A stretch of 64,000 nt of DNA from contig JBBIOM010000002.1 in the NCBI GenBank assembly GCA_037443365.1, forward strand, positions 32,001 through 96,000, in the 5' to 3' direction. The translations under genes were made by a program, and so were the position numbers. The DNA comes from Armatimonadota bacterium. GTDB taxonomy: Bacteria > Sysuimicrobiota > Sysuimicrobiia > Sysuimicrobiales > Humicultoraceae. Numbering within the stretch: the first letter of the stretch is position 1; the number at the start of each line of letters is the position of its first letter. Shown here one piece after another: positions 57,545 to 64,000 of this stretch. Below the pieces are notes generated by a model, which was not told the DNA's origin, made no database searches, and saw only the letters and a program-made list of their open reading frames with translations.

Positions 57545-58516
57545 TCAGGTCGTGGCCGCGCAGAGGTCGGCGATAGCGCGCCTCGTAGCCGCCACGGCTT
57601 CGGGATGCATGAGCACAAGGATGTCCGTCCCGGCCAGCAGGAAGGAGGTGGCCGTGATCGTCTCCCAGGCCGGCCCGCGCCGGGCCTCCGATCCCCAGAC
57701 TGGCTGCGCGGATGCGGGCAGCTTGGCCTCCTTGGCCTTCCAGGACTCCTCGGCCGAGAGGGTAAGCATGGGCTGCGCCAGCATCCTGTCGCCCTGCAGG
57801 CCTGCTATGCGAATCCGCTCCATGATCGAGTACTCGTACTCCAGGCCGTAGCCCAGCGAGGCGTTCCCCGGATGGATCACGATCCGGTCAGGAGAAAGCC
57901 CCATCTCGGTGATGAGGATGTTGAGCTGCTTCTGGATGTTGACGTCAATCGGCGATTCGGAGAGAACCGCATGCCCGTCAGCCAGGCAGGAGACCACCAG
58001 TGTCTTGTAGTTCTCCGGAGAGGCCACGCCGATCAGGCACCGCTCGCCCCGAGTCGCCTCGGTCACGCGCGGCCAGACCTCGTTGTCCTTGTCGGCCTGC
58101 CCGCAGCCCAGAATGATCAGGGGCACGGGCACGGCCTCCAGCACCGACCGCACCGTGGCGACCGCGGCGTCCGGAGAGGCGTCGAGGACGTCGGGGTGCG
58201 TGCTGTTCAGGCGGAGGCAGATCAGCCCCGCCCCGTAGGCCTCCACGCACTTGCGCGCCCAGGCCGCGGGCGAGCCCATGACATCGCCCAGCTGCGACTT
58301 GAGGGCTTCGGGCCAGTCCTCAGGCACCGCGTCCAGCACCTCCATCGCCACAACCGGGGGGTTGGGGCTGCGAGCATCCCCCGGAAGGAACGGCAGCGCG
58401 GCGTGCCCTCCCACGGTCACGGTGTGGGTGCGCGTGCCGCCCTCCGCGGGCGTGGCACCGAGCGTCACGGAGAAGATCTTGCCAGGCCAGGTCTCTCGCA
58501 CCAGCTCAACGGTCAC
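57545..58516 (-). CDS. acsD: Corrinoid Fe-S protein small subunit
   Basis: VGG..ALPF, P.VAMEV.D, DP-type AWA.KC, SPIDVN..KQLN, LGYGLEY.YS.MERIR, WE..TA, HP. GTG 58516 has GGAGG at suitable spacing. Confidence 0.93.
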   Translation of the reverse strand: MTVELVRETWPGKIFSVTLGATPAEGGTRTHTVTVGGHAALPFLPGDARSPNPPVVAMEVLDAVPEDWPEALKSQLGDVMGSPAAWARKCVEAYGAGLICLRLNSTHPDVLDASPDAAVATVRSVLEAVPVPLIILGCGQADKDNEVWPRVTEATRGERCLIGVASPENYKTLVVSCLADGHAVLSESPIDVNIQKQLNILITEMGLSPDRIVIHPGNASLGYGLEYEYSIMERIRIAGLQGDRMLAQPMLTLSAEESWKAKEAKLPASAQPVWGSEARRGPAWETITATSFLLAGTDILVLMHPEAVAATRRAIADLCAATT

Positions 58517-59138
58517 CTGAATCACCCTCCTTGCGTATGCGGTTGACTGCTGCCACCAGCCGCCGCGTCGTATGCTCAGCCAGCGCGGTGAGCACCTCGG
58601 CATCGAGGTACCCTCGAACCGACGAGTCGAACACCACCGAGACGCTGGGCGCGAACTCCTCATCGCCCTTCCACATGAGGTACGCCACCGGAACCCTGGG
58701 AAGCGCCGGAATGCAGACCGAGACATCGCCCTGCCCGAGCGGTTCGCCGCCGAGTTCCCTGCCGGCCTCAAGCAACAGCGAAGGATCCGGGCCGAAGGCG
58801 CGAAGGATCGGCGAGACGACCCGGCCGCGGAACGAGGCCAGGTATCCCGGGCCGCCTGGAAGCTGCTCGAACGAGATCCACCTGCCCTCTTGTGGGCCCC
58901 CGGTGGCCTCGAGCAGGTAGAGCAGCAACAGGATGGCGACGCCCACTTCGGCGGGCTGGCCCTCTGCGTCCAGCACGACGCCCTCCGGGTGGGCTATCGT
59001 ATAGTCGCGCCCAACGCACCGCAGCCCGATCAGATTCGGGCCAAGCAACTCTGCGCCGCTGCGGGCGACGAGCGAGTCCACGGCGTGAGCGCCGATCTTG
59101 ACGCGAAGCCCGTCGTAGGTCCCTTGATAGATGCTCAT
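58506..59138 (-). CDS. DUF3786-family protein (acs-cluster associated)
   Basis: ILLLLYL, WISF.QLPGG, F, ALPRVP...W.GDEEF, FD; located between acsF and acsD. Confidence 0.8.
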   Translation of the reverse strand: MSIYQGTYDGLRVKIGAHAVDSLVARSGAELLGPNLIGLRCVGRDYTIAHPEGVVLDAEGQPAEVGVAILLLLYLLEATGGPQEGRWISFEQLPGGPGYLASFRGRVVSPILRAFGPDPSLLLEAGRELGGEPLGQGDVSVCIPALPRVPVAYLMWKGDEEFAPSVSVVFDSSVRGYLDAEVLTALAEHTTRRLVAAVNRIRKEGDSGDR

Positions 59139-59902
59139 CGCCGCGCCGCCTCCGGCAGGCCGACCTCCGCCAGGATCTCGGCAACCGCCCGCGCGGCCGG
59201 GGAGTCGTCCGGTAGTTCCAGCAGAGGCCGGCCCTCCAGTTCGTAGGCCGCGACCAGCGGGTCCTCGGGCACCACCCCGCCCAGGCGGATACCTCCCTCG
59301 CCGAAGACGCGCTCTACCGCCACGGGGACCGCGGACGCGCGGTTGACGACGAGCGCGATCTCCCTGACCGAGAGACCGAGCTCCTGCACGAGGTCCTGGA
59401 TGCGCCGCGCGGCCTTCACCCCGGCCAGGCTGGGGTCGCTGACTATCAGGAGCAGCCCGACGTCGCGCGTGGTGCGCCGGCTGAGATGCTCCATCCCGGC
59501 CTCGTTGTCCATGACGACGAAGGGGTAGCCGCCCATGAGGCGGTCCAGGTAGTCGCGCAGCAAATGGTTGGCCGCGCAGTAGCAGCCCGCGCCCTCCGGC
59601 CTCCCCATCACGATCAGGTCGACGCCCTCCCCCTCGGCCAGGCAGTCCTCGAGGTGGTACTCCAGGTAGGTCGCGCGCGGAAGGTTGCCGGGCACTTCGC
59701 GCATCCCGCGGGTCTCGTGCAGCACGTCGGAGATCGCCCGGTTGGGCCGCAGCCCCAGCGCCGCGTCCAGGTTCGTGTTCGGATCTGCATCCACGGCGAG
59801 GATTGGGGTTCTTCCTGTGCGGCGCAGCGCTCGAATGACCAGCCCTGCCATGGTCGTCTTACCCGTTCCGCCCTTGCCGGCCACCGCCAACACAAACGGC
59901 AT
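59135..59902 (-). CDS. acsF: CooC/AcsF nickel-insertion ATPase
   Basis: AVAGKGGTGKTT, AVDADPN.NL, MGRPEG.GCYC, DNEAGMEHLSR. Confidence 0.93.
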   Translation of the reverse strand: MPFVLAVAGKGGTGKTTMAGLVIRALRRTGRTPILAVDADPNTNLDAALGLRPNRAISDVLHETRGMREVPGNLPRATYLEYHLEDCLAEGEGVDLIVMGRPEGAGCYCAANHLLRDYLDRLMGGYPFVVMDNEAGMEHLSRRTTRDVGLLLIVSDPSLAGVKAARRIQDLVQELGLSVREIALVVNRASAVPVAVERVFGEGGIRLGGVVPEDPLVAAYELEGRPLLELPDDSPAARAVAEILAEVGLPEAARR

Positions 59903-59915
59903 CCTCGCGCCCTCC

Positions 59916-61835
59916 TCAGTCCTGCCTGCCCAGCTGCGCGCAGGCGCGGGGGAACCTCGTGCAGTCCGTGTGCGGGAGGAACGTGGCCGAGACGTATTCC
60001 TCCATGAAGCCGGCGTCGGTGCTGAGTTCCCGGTAGGTCATCTTCGCCGCCACATCGGCGGCCCGGCGCCAGGTCTCATGGGAGAGCAGCGCCATCTTGG
60101 AGCCGGCCACCGACCCGTTGCCTATGAAGGTCACGCGCTCTACCGGCACATCAGGCAGCAGGCCGATGAGGATGGCCTTCGAGATGTCGAGGTAGGTGCC
60201 GAAGCCGCCCGCCACATAGATGCGCTGGATGTCGCGGATGTCGATGCCCAGCCGCCGGGTGAGGAGCGAGCCGCCGGCGTAGACCGCGGCCTTCGCCCTC
60301 AGGAGGTTCTCGATGTCCGCCGAGGTCAGAACGATGTCGCGCCCCGCGGCGCTCTCCTGGGCCGGGACGATCACCGCCTCAAGGCCGTCCGGGCCCTGGC
60401 GCACCACGGGCGCATCGGGCCGCAGCCGGCCAGCCCGGTCCAGGTACCCTGCCGCGAGCAGCTCCGCGAGGAGGTCAACCAGGCCCGAGCCGCAGATGCC
60501 CCTGGGCCTTCTGCCTCCAACCGTGGACCAGGAGAGCCCTCCATCGGGATTCACCTTCACGCGCTGCACCGCCCCCATGGCCGCGCGCATCCCCCAGGTG
60601 ATGCCACCCCCTTCAAACGCCGGGCCGGCTGAGCAGGCGCAACACACGAGGAAGTCGCGGTTTCCCACAACGGTCTCGCCGTTGGTGCCCACGTCAACCA
60701 GCATGCCGAGCTCGTCGGCTTCATCCAGGCCGGCGGCCAGCACATCGGCGGTGATGTCCCCTCCCACATAGCTGCTGACCCCGGGCATCCAGAAGACCGC
60801 CCCGTGGGGATTCACGCGCAGCCCAACCTCGGCGGCGTGGAAGACCGGGGGTACGGAGATCACCGGGATGTAGGGGTCCCGTCGTATCTCGGTCGGGGGA
60901 AGTCCAAGGAAGAGGTGCAGCATCGTGGTGTTGCCCGCCAGCACAACGCCGACGATCTCGTCTCGAGAGGCGCCCTGCGCCTGCGCGAGCCCGCCGATCA
61001 GCGCGTTGGCCCCGTCCAGCGCGGCGTCCCTCAGCCTCTGGAGCCCACCTGGCTCGTCGGCGTGAACGATGCGCGAGATCACGTCATCTCCGTAGGTGGC
61101 CTGCCGGTTGAGCGCGGCCGCGGCTCCCAGCGTGGCTCCGCTCGCCAGGTCGACCAGGTGCGCCACGATCGTGGTGGTGCCCACGTCCAGTGCCACGCCG
61201 TACAGCCCGGACGCGGCAGCGCCGGGCCGCAGCGCGACGAGACCGTGGGTGCCGTCCGTACGTGCCAGCACCGCGGTGACCTCCCAGTTGGCGTCACGCA
61301 TCACCTGTGGCGCCGCGCGGAGCACCTCAAGGGGAACAACGAGGTCCTGGATGCCGCTGATCCGCCGCAGCTCACGGGTCAGGCGGCCGAGGTCGCTCAG
61401 GTTGTCATGGATGGTCGGCTCCGGCAGTTGCAGCGGAAGGGCGAACACCAGGGGATCGGCGGGAGCCGGGGCGGCGTACTCCGGAGGCCTGCCCACGGCC
61501 TCCTCGGGGGTCGGAACGAACAAGCCATTCCTCTCGGCCCCGGTCAGGATCTGCTCGCCCTCCAGCCGGGAGAGCTCGGAGACATCCACGGTGACGTCGC
61601 CGGTTATGCGGCAGAGGCAGGCCAGGACCTCCCCGCCGCCAGGGATGCGGCCGCCCTCCTCGACCTCGGCCCCGCCCGCAACGATCCGAACCCGGCACCT
61701 CCCGCAGATGCCTCTCCCGCCGCAGACGCTGTTCAGCGCGATCCCGGCCGCGAACGCCGCGTCCAGGATGGTCTGCCCTGGCTCGGCCGCGACGGCGCCC
61801 GCATCCGGCTGGAATCTGACGATAGGCGCAGGCAC
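59916..61835 (-). CDS. acsV: Corrinoid reductive activator (RACo; [2Fe-2S] + ASKHA)
   Basis: CGG.G.CGRC...LAC, DVGTTT, N.Q..YG.DVISR, GNT.M.H, YVGGD, DVGTNGE, AGPAFEG, GICGSG, AGGFG, GN. Start GTG ~61835. Confidence 0.92.
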   Translation of the reverse strand: MPAPIVRFQPDAGAVAAEPGQTILDAAFAAGIALNSVCGGRGICGRCRVRIVAGGAEVEEGGRIPGGGEVLACLCRITGDVTVDVSELSRLEGEQILTGAERNGLFVPTPEEAVGRPPEYAAPAPADPLVFALPLQLPEPTIHDNLSDLGRLTRELRRISGIQDLVVPLEVLRAAPQVMRDANWEVTAVLARTDGTHGLVALRPGAAASGLYGVALDVGTTTIVAHLVDLASGATLGAAAALNRQATYGDDVISRIVHADEPGGLQRLRDAALDGANALIGGLAQAQGASRDEIVGVVLAGNTTMLHLFLGLPPTEIRRDPYIPVISVPPVFHAAEVGLRVNPHGAVFWMPGVSSYVGGDITADVLAAGLDEADELGMLVDVGTNGETVVGNRDFLVCCACSAGPAFEGGGITWGMRAAMGAVQRVKVNPDGGLSWSTVGGRRPRGICGSGLVDLLAELLAAGYLDRAGRLRPDAPVVRQGPDGLEAVIVPAQESAAGRDIVLTSADIENLLRAKAAVYAGGSLLTRRLGIDIRDIQRIYVAGGFGTYLDISKAILIGLLPDVPVERVTFIGNGSVAGSKMALLSHETWRRAADVAAKMTYRELSTDAGFMEEYVSATFLPHTDCTRFPRACAQLGRQD

Positions 61836-61860
61836 TACGCCACCACTTCCACACGGTTCC

Positions 61861-63219
61861 TCAACTGCTGGCTGCGGCGCTTGCAGCCTTCCATTGCGTG
61901 CGCATGAAGGCCGGAATGCCCGCCGATTCGCGCGGCCCAACCATGATCTGCCAGCCACTCAGCTCCTCGAGCTTGCCGCTGAGGGCCGCTATCCCACCGG
62001 GAATCACCGCGCGGCGGTGGCCGACGCGGTCGGCGATTTGCGAGTCCGCGATCGCCTTGGCGATTGACTCGGCGTTGAACTTGTCGGCCGCCCAGGCGGT
62101 CATCACGGATTGGCCTTCGGTGTTCACCACCACGACCCAGGCCGGCGTCCGGCTGGTCTCGGTATCGGCTTCCACCGTGAAATAGGTCAGCGAGAAGTTG
62201 GTCGTGACCAGTACCGGCGAGGCGTCGTCGGGTGTCCCGACGGTATGGATGCCCGGCTCCACCTGAATCGGCTTCTGCGGGTCGGTGTATATGTTCTGGC
62301 GAGCGGTGACCAGTGCCAGCGCCTGCCAGGGCTCCAGTTCCTCGGTCACCACCAGGGCCGCGTACTTGCAGACGTACGCGCACGCCTGCACGAGATGGTC
62401 CAACGGGTCGTCGGCGGTGGCGAACGCCATCGCAGGATACCCCAGCGGCCGGAAGGTCTTGCGCAGCGCCAGGCGCCGGATCTGCGTGAGATCCTGCAGC
62501 GTCGCCGCAGGCGTCCTGGCCCCGCTATCAATGACCAGGTCGCTGACCCCGGCGGCGGCGATGCGCGCCGTAAGGTCGGCCAGCTCGTCGAGGTTACCCC
62601 CGCGCACAGCCAGCGGGCAGCCGCAGCTCTTGGCGAGCTTTGCCATCGCCTCCCAGTTCTCGGCGGTCGCCGCGTAGAGCAGCGGCCGGTTCGCCCGGAC
62701 GGCGGAGGCGGCCGCGCCGAGCGCTTCGATCGAGGGGCTCACAAGGAGCAGGGCAAGACCCATCTCGTCGGCCAGCCTGGCCGCTGCCGCGAACCGCTCG
62801 GGCTCGCCGGTGGCGTCTTCGAGCGCAACCATCTCGATGCGCACGTGCTGGCCGACGCGATCGAACTGAAGCGCCTGGACGCGCTGGAAGGCCGCGCGCA
62901 GCTCCTCCGCGGAGCGGTCGGTGCGGACGCGCACGGCCACGGCCGTCGGGTGATAGAAGGTCTCCTCGTGCCGGAACAGCACCGTCTCCTTCCCCATGAC
63001 GATGCACTGCTTCTCGGGCCCGACGCTGACCAGCCGTATGGGCGGCGCTGCCGCGCCGGCCAGTGTGGCCTTGGTGTCTTCGCTGGCGTACGGGCAGGCG
63101 TCAATGGCCACCTTCTTGGTGGCCAGCTGCATGGCGAACGCCAGGCAGGTGGGGAAGGCGCACTCCCCGCAGTTCGTCTTGGGCAGGAGCTTGTAGATGT
63201 CAAGCGCTGTGAGCGGCAT
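61861..63219 (-). CDS. acsC: Corrinoid Fe-S protein large subunit
   Basis: IYKLLPKTNCGEC.FPTCLAFA...CPY, ETV.FRHE, NIYTDPQKP, TTNFSLTYF.V, SV.TAWAA.KF, VGP.E. Confidence 0.96.
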   Translation of the reverse strand: MPLTALDIYKLLPKTNCGECAFPTCLAFAMQLATKKVAIDACPYASEDTKATLAGAAAPPIRLVSVGPEKQCIVMGKETVLFRHEETFYHPTAVAVRVRTDRSAEELRAAFQRVQALQFDRVGQHVRIEMVALEDATGEPERFAAAARLADEMGLALLLVSPSIEALGAAASAVRANRPLLYAATAENWEAMAKLAKSCGCPLAVRGGNLDELADLTARIAAAGVSDLVIDSGARTPAATLQDLTQIRRLALRKTFRPLGYPAMAFATADDPLDHLVQACAYVCKYAALVVTEELEPWQALALVTARQNIYTDPQKPIQVEPGIHTVGTPDDASPVLVTTNFSLTYFTVEADTETSRTPAWVVVVNTEGQSVMTAWAADKFNAESIAKAIADSQIADRVGHRRAVIPGGIAALSGKLEELSGWQIMVGPRESAGIPAFMRTQWKAASAAASS

Positions 63220-63233
63220 CGTGTCTTGACCCC

Positions 63234-64000
63234 CTATAGCAACGCTGGCATCTGGAGCGCCGGGTGACCCACTCGCTCCAGGTGTGCGACGAGTTCCTCG
63301 ACCGTCGTGGCCATTGTCTCATCCGCGATCTTGTCCACAAAGCCTTCGTCGCCGATGTCCTTGGCCCGGACCGCGAGCTTCTCGCGAAGGGCGTCCTTCA
63401 GCTCCTTGGGCATCCACACCAGGCGTTGCAGCCCGCCGTCGGCCGGGATGAACTTGCGGCTGGCCATGTACAGGCGCCCAACCCCCAGGAAGCCCGGAGT
63501 CTGAACGCCTCCGCCCACCATGCCCGCCAGCGTGCTGAAGGTCATGCCCAGCGGTGTGAGGCCAGCAAACTCCCGGTTGACGATGATGACACCGTTCGCC
63601 TCGGGCACCAGGCCCATGATGCACTCGAAACACCCGCACGACGTCATCGGCGAGTGAATCATCGAGTAGAGACTAACCTGCTCTACCGTCTTGTTGGTCT
63701 TGTTGTAGACGAAGGCGTTGATGCCCTCGTACATTCCAAGGTTGGCGTCCAGGCACGCGCCCTTCTCGATCGGCTGGTTGGGACCCGCGGAGTTGATCTC
63801 GTAGCTGGCCTTCCCGTCAAGCCAGTTGTAAGCGCCGCACAGACCAAGCCGCTCCGGCGAGATTACGCAGACGTGGTTGGGCGCGTAGGACTGGCAGAGG
63901 GTGCAGGAGTAAAACACGTCCACCGTCTCATCGGTCATGCCGGCCACGCGCGCGTCGCGCTCGTCCCAGACCTTGCGGGCTTCCTCGATGATCTGCGAAA
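63234..64000 (-). CDS. acsB: Acetyl-CoA synthase, C-terminal part (gene extends beyond the window)
   Basis: FYSCTLCQS.AP.HVC..PER.GLCGA, PMTSCGCFEC, GG.QTPGF.G, KF..ADGG..R.VWMPK. Confidence 0.96.
   Translation of the reverse strand, partial: SQIIEEARKVWDERDARVAGMTDETVDVFYSCTLCQSYAPNHVCVISPERLGLCGAYNWLDGKASYEINSAGPNQPIEKGACLDANLGMYEGINAFVYNKTNKTVEQVSLYSMIHSPMTSCGCFECIMGLVPEANGVIIVNREFAGLTPLGMTFSTLAGMVGGGVQTPGFLGVGRLYMASRKFIPADGGLQRLVWMPKELKDALREKLAVRAKDIGDEGFVDKIADETMATTVEELVAHLERVGHPALQMPALL

Noticed and set aside
1-64000. CRISPR arrays, IS/integrase, prophage, tRNA (including tRNA-Sec), rRNA
   Set aside because: The window is almost fully covered by recognisable metabolic CDSs; intergenic gaps are short and show no such patterns by eye.

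Overview
Gene-dense, high-GC bacterial chromosomal segment dedicated to anaerobic H2/CO2/formate metabolism. No rRNA, tRNA, CRISPR or mobile element was seen. (1) 1-12.9 kb, minus strand: accessory genes (DUF6390-like, peptide/nickel ABC importer without an ATPase, hypC, CBS-ACT, VKOR-DsbA, Usp, Zn-dehydrogenase, mobA, moeA-mobB, ADP-forming acyl-CoA synthetase). (2) 13.1-28.8 kb, plus strand: hdrD-like, etfBA, membrane HdrF/EMO-like, hdrA, mvhD, mvhG, [Cache kinase, REC-kinase, REC], hdrC, hdrB, mvhA, maturation protease. (3) 28.8-64 kb, minus strand: a Wood-Ljungdahl supercluster (acsB partial, acsC, acsV, acsF, DUF3786, acsD, acsE, folC, fhs, 2x metV, 2x metF, fchA, folD, NuoE/NuoF-like subunits, selenocysteine formate dehydrogenase with an E. 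coli-type SECIS, class I fumarase) carrying two further Hdr modules and a second signalling cassette. The standout observation is a giant HdrA/HdrL whose first ~210 aa duplicate the cNMP-binding + HisKA module of the adjacent histidine kinase, with the phospho-His replaced by Tyr. This suggests a flavoenzyme physically wired into a phosphorelay that has only stand-alone receiver domains. The same gene is frameshifted at a G10 tract. All functional calls come from motif recognition by eye; no database searches were run.
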